Assembly: GCA_964653805.1 (NCBI GenBank)
Contig: CAZZFS010000005.1
Location: 1,817-65,816, forward strand
Source of the DNA: an uncultured Clostridiaceae bacterium
GTDB lineage: Bacteria > Bacillota > Clostridia > TANB77 > CAG-465
Direction: 5' to 3'
Length of the DNA: 64,000 bases
Positions 18,213 to 29,315 of this stretch are shown piece after piece (the stretch's first letter is position 1; each line of letters opens with the position of its first letter). Made by a program: the position numbers and the translations under genes. A model generated the notes under the pieces. It was not told the origin of the DNA. It saw only the letters and a program-made list of their open reading frames with translations, and searched no databases.

Positions 18213-19879
18213 TTTTTATCACTCCATTCGTTGGAAGATAAATTATACTATCAAATAAACTTTTTTCATATGGTATATATGGTGAGTGTGTTGCAATAAA
18301 TAAACTTTTAATATTTGTTCTGTCAATCAAATCTGTTACTATTTGCTTTTGCCATGTTATTGATAATGACAGTTCTGGTTCATCTATTATTATAATTATA
18401 TTTTCAATAAAAATTGATATTGCAAGTAATAATAATATTTTTTTCTCCCCAGACGATAACATATCTAAAGAAATATCACTAGTATAATTAGTAATTAATT
18501 TTAACTTATTCACTTGTTTAATCGTACTAGTATTTTCACAAATATTAATACCTGCGGGTGTAACAACTAATCTTTTATTTTTAATATACTTATCAAACAA
18601 TTCTTGTAAAAGTACTATTTTAGAACTTTCATAGCTTGTAAGTTTATTAAATTCATTTTTATAGAATTTAATAAAGGCTAAATCTATATCAGTGTAATTA
18701 AACTCTGTCTTCTTAAAATCATAATCTATATCAAATAGTGTGTCTTTAATTACAATTGGTAAAAAGTATTCTTTTACATTTTTCTCGACTAACGGATTGT
18801 TATAAAATTCAACTATTTCAGATAAATTATAATATTGATATTCTTTTCCTATTAAATCTTTATAATATGAAATTGCAGTTTCATTTATTTTTTTAATAAA
18901 ATTATTGTCATAATATTTTCTTGATATGAGTTTATTTATTTGTACTATTCTATTATCTATTAAGTTGTCCATGAAATCACTTTTAATATCATTTTTTAGA
19001 TTATTTCTTTCCACATATTCATCTATTTCAATAGTTATTTTATTATATAATGTTTTTGTCAATTCTATTGAATCTTCACCTAAAATATCATATAATTCAC
19101 TTGATATTCCATATCTATTTACCCTTTTGGGTCTAAATATATTAATTTTTCTATTAACATTAAAATTAGCAAGGTTCAATTCCTTAGATAATACGAATGA
19201 ATCCATTATTTTTTCATTTTGAAATCTATATTTTTCTACCATATCAATATAATAGCACCACTGTATACCATCTTTAGATATTTTTGTAGATATTTCGGAT
19301 ATTTTTTCTATATTACAAGTGTTAAACCATTTTATATGTTTACCTAACATAATACCGATTATATCCGTCAACAAAAGATTCTAAAGCATTTTTTATTACT
19401 GTTCTTCTATCGGTATTACCAAACTTAATATATTTAATTTCGGGTAAATTATATTTGGTACTTTGCTCAATAAATAATGTTTTTTCCCCTATTGGTAAAT
19501 TGAAATAACACGAACTTAAATAATCATATAATAAACCATTTTTATTTAATTCTTCAAATAGTTCTTTTTCAGAATTACTTATATCCTTTACTTCATTAGG
19601 TGCAAGCCCAATTAAATTAATTATTTTTTCTTGTAATTCATTTAATTTTGGGAATAATTCCGATTTTCTTAATCGTATTTTCTTGTTTTCAAAATAAAAA
19701 TCTATACTTTCAAATTTATATTTGCATAGATTAATAGGGTCATTTTTTATTATGCAATCTATTATTTTCAGCATTGTACTTTTTCCAGTTCCATTTTCAC
19801 CTACCAGAATATTGCATCTTTTTAATAAATCTATTTCATTTACGTATTTTCCAAACAATTTATTTATTCTTATTCTCAT
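18205..19879 (-). pseudogene. ABC/SMC-like AAA ATPase (AriA-like), split by a +1 shift
   Basis: ORF 19340..19879 has Walker A GENGTGKST. ORF 18205..19374 has signature LSSGEKK, Walker B IIIIDEPELSL and H-loop ATHSP. One ATPase domain is divided across two frames, and deleting one base of the 4-nt run at 19373-19376 joins them. Confidence 0.6.
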
Positions 19880-20057
19880 TAATTTTCACCATGATATACA
19901 AGATATCTATAATTCCTTTCTTTCTGTTCTATCTATATTTTCACTCTTTAATTTGTGTTGTTTTTATCACTGAATTCACTTTGTTATAAAAGATGATATA
20001 GTTTTACTTAATTTTGTATAAATTTCAGTTATAAAATAATTATAATTAAATTAATTC

Positions 20058-21176
20058 TTAACAATTCATTTTTTCTTGAATAGATATTTTAAATTTTTTT
20101 GTAAATTCATCATCATTAAATTCCCAAAACATTTTATCTTCATTGTTTTTCTGTTTGATGTTTACTCCTGCATTTACTAATATGTCGTATATTTCAAAGT
20201 AAGGACTTTCAGAATAATATTTAAAAATTTCTGCTCCTTCTTCTGTTAAACATACGTGGGTTAATAATTTCGAAACAGTAATTAATAATATTTCGGTATT
20301 TGTAAGAAAATATAAGCAATTTTCTTTTTTATTATTTAGATGGTTAACATCTATATGTTTACATATTAAATACTGGATTATATCTTTATGCTTAAATAAA
20401 CATGCATGATGCAAAAGTGTATTTCCATCTAAATCTAATTCATTGATGTTTGTACGCAACTCTAAAAACTTTTCAAGAGCTTCTAAATCGTTATACTTAA
20501 TTGCTTCAAAAACATTAGAATAACTAGTTGGCTTTTGAATATTTATAATATCATATTTAATTAACTGCTGTGCATTTATATTGTATGAAATATAATTAAA
20601 ATTTCCAACTTGAATATATTGATTTAAAATTGTATTAATTTGAAAAGTATTTTCTACATAATTCTTTAAATTAATATATTCACTTAATTGCAATTTTTCA
20701 TCTATTTTATCTAAAACATTAAAGAAAATAATTTTATATTTATCTTTTGTTTCCATTAATAATTTCCATATAAAGATAAATGCAGTTTCAACAATTTCAT
20801 CATCTGAAGCGGTAGGATCTGTTTTATTATTTAATAAATAACCTTTTTTACGTGAGTGTTTACATGTTATTATATATTTTTGATCTGGTCTTACACGCAT
20901 ACAGTTAGCTAATAGAGCATTATCCATTAATCTATATTCAGAATCTCTAGATTCTAAAAGTTGTTCTTTTAATCTTTTATAGTAATCGACACTAGCCTCA
21001 TTATGATTGATTAACCATCTTACTTTATACAAATATAAAATGGCTGTAGGTAGCAAATGTGCATCATTACTCTCTTGAAATTCTTTATTATAGGCATTTT
21101 TTAAGACAACGGAAATTAACCCTCCTCTTAAAAATGAAATTTCTGCACTTCCTAGATTACTCTTTTTTTCAAACAT
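20058..21176 (-). CDS. ankyrin-repeat protein with an unknown N-terminal domain
   Basis: The C-terminal half has DLDGNTLLHHACLFKHKDIIQYLICKHIDVNHLNNKKENCLYF (ankyrin consensus). The N-terminal 230 aa are unassigned. Confidence 0.55.
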   Translation of the reverse strand: MFEKKSNLGSAEISFLRGGLISVVLKNAYNKEFQESNDAHLLPTAILYLYKVRWLINHNEASVDYYKRLKEQLLESRDSEYRLMDNALLANCMRVRPDQKYIITCKHSRKKGYLLNNKTDPTASDDEIVETAFIFIWKLLMETKDKYKIIFFNVLDKIDEKLQLSEYINLKNYVENTFQINTILNQYIQVGNFNYISYNINAQQLIKYDIINIQKPTSYSNVFEAIKYNDLEALEKFLELRTNINELDLDGNTLLHHACLFKHKDIIQYLICKHIDVNHLNNKKENCLYFLTNTEILLITVSKLLTHVCLTEEGAEIFKYYSESPYFEIYDILVNAGVNIKQKNNEDKMFWEFNDDEFTKKFKISIQEKMNC

Positions 21177-21260
21177 CTTTTATACTCCTTTTACAAATAA
21201 AATTACGCCTATTGGTCTTTCTACTATCTTTTTAATTTAATAAACATTAACAGTATCAAT

Positions 21261-24200
21261 CTATATCAAATTTGCACTCATTAATTCAGCCTGTTTTATA
21301 ACTGTATCTACTGCACCATCAGCTTGCTCTGGTGGATATTGATACTTTCTAAGCAGCCTCTTTACTACTTTCCTCATATATGCTCTAGCAGATTCTTTTT
21401 TATCCCAATCTACTGTTCTACTATTTTGAACTTTTTGAGTAAGTTCATGTGCAAGCTCAATTAATACTTCATCTTGCATTTCTAAAACTACATTTGGATC
21501 TTTTACTAAAGCATTATAAAAAGCATATTCTTCTGTTGAAAGCCCTTTTTCTTCACCTTCATTATGTGATTCTATAATTTCATTAGATAACTTTAATAGT
21601 TCTTCTATAACTTCAGCACTATCTATAAGCCTATTGTTATAACTTTGCATTATTCTTTTTAACTTATCAGAGAATAGTTCAGATTTAACAATATTAGTTC
21701 TCTTAAATATTTTTATATTTCCTTCAAGTAATTTTTTTAGTAATTCTGCAGCAATATTTTTTTGTTGCATATTTCTAATTTTACTCATATAATCTTCAGA
21801 AAGAATAGATATTTCAGGATTTTCTCTATCTGCTATTTTAAATATATCAATTACACCTTCTTGTTTTATAGCTTGTTCTATTATTTTACTTATTCTTTCA
21901 TTTACTTCACTTGTAGTTAATTTTCCTGTTCCTGTAACTTTACAAATCCCTACTTTTACACCTTTAAAATATTCAACTTCTATTTTAGTTCTTTTATCTA
22001 GCATAGATCTACAAAGTGTATCTGCTTGAGATAAAGCAGTAGCTTCTCTTATGAAATCTTTTTTATCTTCTTCATCTAAAGATAAAATATAATTTATACC
22101 ATTTGACAATGTTCTAAGTCTTGCTTCATTAGAATCTTTAAAGAAATCAGAATAATTAAATCCATAAAATAAGTCTCTCATTATCTCTAATTTTTCCATT
22201 AAGATTATGTATGCTTTTGAAATATCCGGAACTTTATCTGCATCTCTTGATGTATATCTAGCAAGTGCTGTTTTTAGTTCTGCACCTATGCCAATATAAT
22301 CTACTATAAGTCCAGCTTCTTTATCTTTATATACTCTATTTACTCTTGCAATAGCTTGCATTAAATTATGTCCTTGCATTGGTTTATCTATATACATTGT
22401 AGCAAGAGATGGAACATCAAATCCGCGTTAGCCACATATCCACTACAATCACTATTTTAAGCTTACTATTTTTATCTTTAAAACTTAATGCTAATTCTTC
22501 TCTATATGCTTTATTTCCTACTATATCATGCCAATCTTCTGGGTCATCATTATTGTCTGTTAAAACAACTGCTACTTTTTCATTCCAATTAGGTCTTATC
22601 TCTAATATTTCTTTATATAAATTTATAGCTACTTTTCTACTCATAGAAACAATCATAGCTTTTCCTTCAAGAATATCTTTTCTTTGTTCATAATGATCTA
22701 TTATATCATTTGCAAGTAAGTTTAATCTTTCTTTAGAACCTATAATAGATTCCAATTTTGCAAGTTCTTGTTTAGATTTTTCTATAGTTTCATCATCTGC
22801 TTGTCCAGACTCTGAAATAGCGTTATATTCTGCATCAGCTTCTGCAAGTAAAGTTTCATTTAAATTAAGTTTAGCAACTCTGTTTTCATAATATATTGGA
22901 ACAGTAGCATTATCTTCAACAGCTTGTGTCATATCATAAATATCTACATAATCTCCGAATAATTCTTTCGTATTTCTATCTGCAAAATCTACTGGTGTTC
23001 CTGTAAATCCAATAAAAGTAGCATTAGGTATAGCTTCTCTCATTATTTTAGACATACCGTATTTAAATTCACCTGTTTTACTTACAAATTTACCACTTAA
23101 TCCATATTGACTTCTATGAGCTTCATCAGCTATAAATATAACATTTGAACGATCTGTTAGCGAATCATTTCCTTCTTCAAATTTTTGTATAGTAGTAAAT
23201 ATAATACCACCAGCGTTTACGCTTAATAATTCTTTTAATTCTTTTCTATTACCCGCTTGTTTAGGAGTTTGAGGTAATATTTCACTATTACAAATAGCAA
23301 AAGTAGAATATAGTTGATTATCTAAATCATTTCTATCTGTTAAAACAACTATAGTAGGGTTATCTAATGATATATCTTTCATTAACATTCCAGTATAAAA
23401 TACCATAGATAAACTTTTACCACTACCTTGAGTATGCCAAACAACACCTGCTTTTTTAGTTCCATCAATTAAAGCTTTTTTAGTACTAGTTAAAGCTTTT
23501 TTTACAGCAAAATATTGATGATATCCAGCAAGTATTTTTGTTTTCTTTTCTTCTTTATTTTGAAAAACAATAAAATTAATTATAATATCAATTAATCTTT
23601 CTTTTCTAAATACACCTTGAATTAAAATATCAACTTGATTAATATTTTCTTCAGGCTTTTCTCCATCAATAGACTTCCAAGTCATATATCTAGTTAAATC
23701 TGAAGTAATAGTTCCAAGTTTAGCATTTACACCATCACAAATAACAGAAAAAGCGTTATATTCAAATAATGATTTAATATCCATTTGATAATTTTTAATT
23801 TGATTATATGCATTTTCAATTGTAGTGTTTTCTTTAGTAGCACTTTTAAGTTCAAAAACAACTAAAGGAATACCATTAACAAAAACAATAACATCAGGTC
23901 TTTTAGTTTTAAATCCTTCAATAGTATATTGATTAACAACAGTAAAATCATTATTTAAAACATTATCTCTATCAATTAGTTTACAAGTATATGTTTTATC
24001 TCCAGATAAAGGAACTTCAACACCACGATATAACATTCTACTAAATTCATAGTTAGCAAGTGTAAGTTCAATTGAATTTAAATTACGAACTTTTCTATAC
24101 ACTTCATCTGCTATATCCACAGTTATACCTTCATTTATTTTAAATAATGAATCATATAACTTGTCCTTTATAACTGTTTCATGATAATCACGATCAATAT

Positions 24201-24279
24201 CTGGTCCGAATACATGATTGTATCCTAAACTTTCTAATTGTTCTATTATACCTAATTCTACTTGTTCTTCATTAAACAT
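21261..24279 (-). pseudogene. hsdR: type I restriction enzyme R subunit, interrupted by a +1 frameshift
   Basis: ORF 22417..24279 has HTQGSGKS, DEAH and ...[12 protein letters not shown] 21261..22397 starts [21 protein letters not shown]. My reading of the junction (22417-22431): removing one base of acgcgga gives [21 protein letters not shown], the expected continuous HsdR motif. Confidence 0.85.
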
Positions 24280-24291
24280 AGTTTTACTCCT

Positions 24292-24864
24292 TTAATTTTT
24301 TCTATACCATCTTGAATTTTCATCAGGATTTTTCGGATTAACATCTATTGTTGATGTTATTAATCTATCAAACATACACAATTCTGTTATATATTCTTTA
24401 ATTTTATCTAAATTCAAGTTATTATTTTTAGCTATTTCTGAAATAGATGTACCAGGGTTTATTGAAATATATTTAAAAATATCATTTTTAGTTATTTCAT
24501 AATTATTTTTTTCTGTAATCAAAAATTCATTACTATTTACAAATTTTTCTAATTTTTCAATTCTATCTTCTAAATCTATTTTCTTTGTGTTTTCTTCATT
24601 TTTAGTTTTTTCAATATCATTTTGAAAAGAAAATATAATCAAAGGAATTGACATAGTTATAATAATATTTATGGACTGTGAAACATAATAAATAGTTTCC
24701 CAATTAATTTTTTCTTTATTTATAAAATAATTAGATATAAAAATAAATATTAAAGAAATTAATACTAAGACACACAAAAATATTTTTATTTTAGTTTTAT
24801 AAGGATAATTTTTCTCTTTTATATTTATAAAAATATTTTTTATTTTAAATAAAATTTTTTTCAT
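24292..24864 (-). CDS. membrane protein with a C-terminal winged-helix-like domain, inserted between hsdS and hsdR
   Basis: Two hydrophobic helices, a coiled stretch, then ISINPGTSISEIAKNNNLNLDKIKEYITEL (HTH-like). AGGAGG RBS. Confidence 0.5.
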   Translation of the reverse strand: MKKILFKIKNIFINIKEKNYPYKTKIKIFLCVLVLISLIFIFISNYFINKEKINWETIYYVSQSINIIITMSIPLIIFSFQNDIEKTKNEENTKKIDLEDRIEKLEKFVNSNEFLITEKNNYEITKNDIFKYISINPGTSISEIAKNNNLNLDKIKEYITELCMFDRLITSTIDVNPKNPDENSRWYRKN

Positions 24865-24909
24865 TTTAAAAACCTCCTAAAATTCCAATACAAATCACAA
24901 TTTGTATTA

Positions 24910-26019
24910 CTAAATTTCTATTTTTTTTAAATCTATTTCGCCATTCATTAATTTAGGTAATAGTGTATCTCTTAACTTGATTAATGTTTTATTTTGTTCG
25001 CTATTTTTAAATATTTTATTTAATAAATTCTCTAATATTTTTTGATCTTCTAAATTAATTTTAGGAATCTCTAAATTGCCAACAAATACTTTATCTGTGT
25101 GCGGTATTGCTGAACCTGTATTTTTATTTTTAATTAAACTATTATATTTTTTTATTAAGAAATATACATATTCTTTTTTGTAATTCTTATTAACTAATTC
25201 TAATTTTGCAAGAGTAGATCCTACTATACCATATTCACTATAGTAAATATCCCCACTGCTTGCTCCATCCATTACCATTAATAAATCTTTATTAACAATT
25301 ACTGTTTTTTCTTGACTTGCATAATTAATTTCTTGATTATTTAGACAAGCAATAGTTAAATATTTTAAATAATTATCATTTTTTATTTCTTTAATATCAT
25401 TAGGTTTTTTTCCTTTAACAAATTTTAATATTTCTTTTAGCTTCTCAAATTCATATGACCTACTTATAATATTATCAATTAGTGTATTTGCAAGTTCGTG
25501 CAAATTATCATTTGTATGATTATTTTTATCTATTTTCTTGTCAATTAACGATAAAATCTTTATAGTTCTCTTTTGTTCTTCAATATTTGGAATTTTTATT
25601 TCAAAATCATTTAATATACCAAAGTTTAAAGCTGGCATTGTTGAAGAGCTTTGGGAATTTCTTATATACTTATATACTTCTTTTTGTGATAAATAATAAT
25701 ACATATATTTATTTAATATAATTTCATTATTCAAATTAATTTTAAACATATTATTTGCAATAATACCTTCTTTCCCCATTACCACCTTACCAGCCGTTTG
25801 AGAACCATATCTAATCATTACTAGATCATTTTTTTTTGCATAATACCTTTCTCCAAAATTTTTCACATATCGAATTGGTTCATTTTCATTAGTATAATCA
25901 ACAATTCTAATAAATCTTTCTCTGTTTTCGGATTTTTCTGCATATTGTTCATTTACTTCAACTTGTTTACCTTGTGAAAATGATGATATTTCTTTCATTT
26001 TATATTTTTTAAATTCCAT
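24910..26019 (-). CDS. hsdS: type I R-M specificity subunit
   Basis: Two target-recognition halves separated by the conserved helices [17 protein letters not shown] and [14 protein letters not shown], with C-terminal [12 protein letters not shown]. It overlaps the hsdM stop. Start could be the ATG at 26019 or the TTG at 26025. Confidence 0.8.
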   Translation of the reverse strand: MEFKKYKMKEISSFSQGKQVEVNEQYAEKSENRERFIRIVDYTNENEPIRYVKNFGERYYAKKNDLVMIRYGSQTAGKVVMGKEGIIANNMFKINLNNEIILNKYMYYYLSQKEVYKYIRNSQSSSTMPALNFGILNDFEIKIPNIEEQKRTIKILSLIDKKIDKNNHTNDNLHELANTLIDNIISRSYEFEKLKEILKFVKGKKPNDIKEIKNDNYLKYLTIACLNNQEINYASQEKTVIVNKDLLMVMDGASSGDIYYSEYGIVGSTLAKLELVNKNYKKEYVYFLIKKYNSLIKNKNTGSAIPHTDKVFVGNLEIPKINLEDQKILENLLNKIFKNSEQNKTLIKLRDTLLPKLMNGEIDLKKIEI

Positions 26020-27529
26020 ATCCAATTGCTCCCAATACTTTTTTTATTTCTTCATCAAGTTTTCTTGATTCTTCAAATTGTTGTTTTAATTCTGTAGTAA
26101 GAGTGGTCATTTTTTCTTCAAAAGATATTCCATCATCTTCTACTTCTTCTGTTCCTACATATCTACCTGGTGTAAGTACACTATTGTTTTCTTTTACCTC
26201 TTCTTTAGTAGCTGATTTACAAAAACCAAGTATATCTTCATAATTTTCATTTTTTCTCCAATTATGATAAGTATCTGCTATTTTTTGTATATCTTCTTCT
26301 GATAAATCTCTTACTTTTCTATCTACCATATATCCAAGATTTCTAGCATCTATAAATAATATTTTATTTTTAGTTTCTTCTGTCTTTTTCTTTCTCATTA
26401 TCCATAGACAACATGGTATCCCTGTTGCATAGAATAATTGACTAGGCATAGCAACTATACATTCTACTACATCTTTTTCTATCATGTTTTTTCTTATTGT
26501 TCCTTCATTTGATGTATCACTAGATAAAGATCCATTTGCAAGTACTGTTCCTGCTACACCATTTTCAGGTGATAAATGATATAACATATGTTGTAACCAA
26601 GCATAGTTTGCATTCCCGGTTGGTGGTGTCCCATATACCCAACGTGCATCATCTTGTAGTTTTTCTCCACCCCAATCTGATATATTAAATGGTGGATTTG
26701 CTATTACGTAATCTGCTTTTAATGTTTTATGTAAATCATTGTGGAATGTATCAGCATTGTGAGTTCCTAAATTACAATCTATTCCTCTTATAGCCAAATT
26801 CATTTTAGCTAATTTCCAAGTTGCCGGATTAAATTCTTGTCCATATATTGATACATTATTAATATTTCCTTGATGTTCTTTTATAAATTTAGTTGATTGT
26901 ACGAACATACCGCCAGAACCACAAGCTGGATCGTAAACTCTTCCACTATATGGTTCTATCATTTCTACTAATGTTCTAACTATACATGCCGGAGTATAAA
27001 ATTCTCCTCCACCTTTTCCTTCAGCAGAAGCAAACTTACTTAAGAAATATTCATATACTCTTCCAATCATGTCCATTTCTCTTGCTTTATCTGTTCCAAC
27101 ATCTAAATTTGAGAATAGTGTTACAAGTTCTCCAAGTCTTGTTTTATCAAGTTCTGGTCTTGAATAATTTTTATTTAAAACACCTTTTAAAGAGTTGTTT
27201 TCTTTTTCAATAGCTTCCATTGCTAAATCAATTATTTTTCCTATTTCTGCAGTATTAGCATATTTTTTTATTTCACTCCATCTTGCTATTTTAGGAACCC
27301 AAAATACATTTTCAGATGTGTATTCATCCATATCTTCTGGATCTGCTAACTCTTCTTTTACAAGTTCATTATATTTTTCTTCAAATGCATCAGATACATA
27401 TTTTAAAAATATTAATCCAAGTGCCACATGTTTGTATTCACCAGAATCCATACTTCCTCTTAATTTATCTGCTGCAAGCCATAATTTATCTTCATAACCA
27501 AGTGTTGTATTATTATTTACTTTTGCCAT
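26009..27529 (-). CDS. hsdM: type I R-M N6-adenine DNA methyltransferase subunit
   Basis: [16 protein letters not shown] (SAM binding), the NPPF catalytic motif ([12 protein letters not shown]) and an HsdM N-terminal domain. Confidence 0.92.
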   Translation of the reverse strand: MAKVNNNTTLGYEDKLWLAADKLRGSMDSGEYKHVALGLIFLKYVSDAFEEKYNELVKEELADPEDMDEYTSENVFWVPKIARWSEIKKYANTAEIGKIIDLAMEAIEKENNSLKGVLNKNYSRPELDKTRLGELVTLFSNLDVGTDKAREMDMIGRVYEYFLSKFASAEGKGGGEFYTPACIVRTLVEMIEPYSGRVYDPACGSGGMFVQSTKFIKEHQGNINNVSIYGQEFNPATWKLAKMNLAIRGIDCNLGTHNADTFHNDLHKTLKADYVIANPPFNISDWGGEKLQDDARWVYGTPPTGNANYAWLQHMLYHLSPENGVAGTVLANGSLSSDTSNEGTIRKNMIEKDVVECIVAMPSQLFYATGIPCCLWIMRKKKTEETKNKILFIDARNLGYMVDRKVRDLSEEDIQKIADTYHNWRKNENYEDILGFCKSATKEEVKENNSVLTPGRYVGTEEVEDDGISFEEKMTTLTTELKQQFEESRKLDEEIKKVLGAIGYGI

Positions 27530-27740
27530 AACTTCCCCCTATATTTTATTTATTTTTTCCTATATAATTATACTTTCTTTCATTCAAAAATGCAAACATT
27601 AAATAAAAATTTTATTGTTTTTTAGCAAAATTTGTCAATTAATAAAAATTTTAATAATATAGAAAAACAAAATCCTCCTTAGATATGTTTTTTAAATTAA
27701 TAAATTATTATTTATATTCTTGAAATTTCGCAATTTTTTT

Positions 27741-27788
27741 AAATAATAAAAAAATAAGACGCATCTTTTTTATTATTTGCGCCTTATT
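27741..27788 (-). terminator. terminator closing the four-gene nuclease operon
   Basis: aataagacgca (27753-63) pairs with tgcgccttatt (27778-88) with one mismatch. On the minus strand it is followed by a T-run. Confidence 0.55.
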
Positions 27789-27852
27789 TTTATTACAATG
27801 TTTTTACTGATTTTTCGAAATAAAATTTCTTGTTTCTAGTTTTTTTAATTAG

Positions 27853-29256
27853 CTATCTATATCTTTCTATTTTGAACAAATTTTTTTCATTCAAAAATAC
27901 AATGAATTTTACTGCTTCATCTGCTAAACATGCTGTAAGAGCGTATTTGTACTTATCATGTTCAATTTTTTCATACCAACCTTTTTTACCTTCTGGCACT
28001 TCAGCATATTGTTTGTCATTTTCCAATACAAGTGGAGTATATCTACCAGTATAATATATTATATCATTCTGTTCTTGTGGTGATAATTTTTCAATATTTT
28101 TAATAATTTTTTTTATAAGTTTTTTATTATTTAATAAGGTATCATTTTTTTCTATATCTTTTCCACCTTTTATTTTTTTTATTTTATTAACATTTTTTAT
28201 GTTATCTATACTTTTAAAATTTTCCAAATTTTCTTTTGAAAAATCCTTATAATTGTTTTCTTTTGCCAAATACTTAAATATTGGTTTTAAAACTTGTATA
28301 TTATTACTATAAACACTACATGCATGATTAGTTATTTCATCATAATTTAAAAAATCATCTTTCGTTTTTTTTAATTTATCAAAAAGTTTTAAAATACTAA
28401 TTAATATATAATTTAATTCTTTACTATAGCTATCACATATACTATTTATATATAATTTTTCTTTTTTACTATTTGTTATTGTTATTTTATTTAGACTTTG
28501 TATATAGTTTCCAATATATATTTTTGATTCTTTTTCAATGCTTGCGTCTTCATAACATACTTCTAATATATATTTTAATAATTCTTCATACGTTATTAAA
28601 ATATACTTATCTTTATATCTATTAATATTATCTATTTTTTTATTATTAAATATAGCTGGAATATTATTTTCAGGACACAAGAATACTAAAATTGATCTAT
28701 TATTAGCTTCTTTTTCTATTTCTTCTGCATAACTTATATATTTATCCAATTGATTTATTGTTTCATTTATTTCTTCTTGATTTATTATTTTATTTATTTC
28801 TTTTAAATTCATTTCTCCATTAATTCCACTATAAATTTTATTTTCAATAATTATATTAATACTTTTAAAATTTTCTTCGTTCAATTCAATATCAAAATTT
28901 ATAAACAAATCAATAAATCCTGTTTTATCAGCAGTTGCTTTTTCTCTTGTTACATGTATCTTTGAAATACCACCCTTGTTGTTAAGATATTCATTTAATT
29001 TTTTATCTTTTTCTATCAATAAACTTAATAATTTTTTTAATGGTTCATCACCTAATAAATGTGAAGATTTTGAATCAAAAATCCATTTCAAAAAATTACT
29101 ATGAATATTTTCATTCGTAGTTGTTCCTAAAATATCAAAAATATTTTCATACTCATAATATTCTTTTAGTTTTGTAAATTCCTTACTATTTATTAGATTA
29201 TTTATTAGATTATTTATTAGATTATTTATTTTTTTTATATATTCTTCTTTTTCCAT
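27853..29256 (-). CDS. PD-(D/E)xK nuclease-superfamily protein (PDDEXK_4-like)
   Basis: ENIHSNFLKWIFDSKSSHLLGDEPLKKLL, then GFIDLFINF ... NIIIENKIYSG (D...ExK). The ATG at 29256 follows an AGGTGGGA RBS. The N-terminus has an in-frame (NNLI)n repeat. Confidence 0.6.
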   Translation of the reverse strand: MEKEEYIKKINNLINNLINNLINSKEFTKLKEYYEYENIFDILGTTTNENIHSNFLKWIFDSKSSHLLGDEPLKKLLSLLIEKDKKLNEYLNNKGGISKIHVTREKATADKTGFIDLFINFDIELNEENFKSINIIIENKIYSGINGEMNLKEINKIINQEEINETINQLDKYISYAEEIEKEANNRSILVFLCPENNIPAIFNNKKIDNINRYKDKYILITYEELLKYILEVCYEDASIEKESKIYIGNYIQSLNKITITNSKKEKLYINSICDSYSKELNYILISILKLFDKLKKTKDDFLNYDEITNHACSVYSNNIQVLKPIFKYLAKENNYKDFSKENLENFKSIDNIKNVNKIKKIKGGKDIEKNDTLLNNKKLIKKIIKNIEKLSPQEQNDIIYYTGRYTPLVLENDKQYAEVPEGKKGWYEKIEHDKYKYALTACLADEAVKFIVFLNEKNLFKIERYR

Positions 29257-29315
29257 AATATTTCCCACCTTTAATATCTAATATCTTTTCAATACTTTAT
29301 ATAGTTATTTACTCA

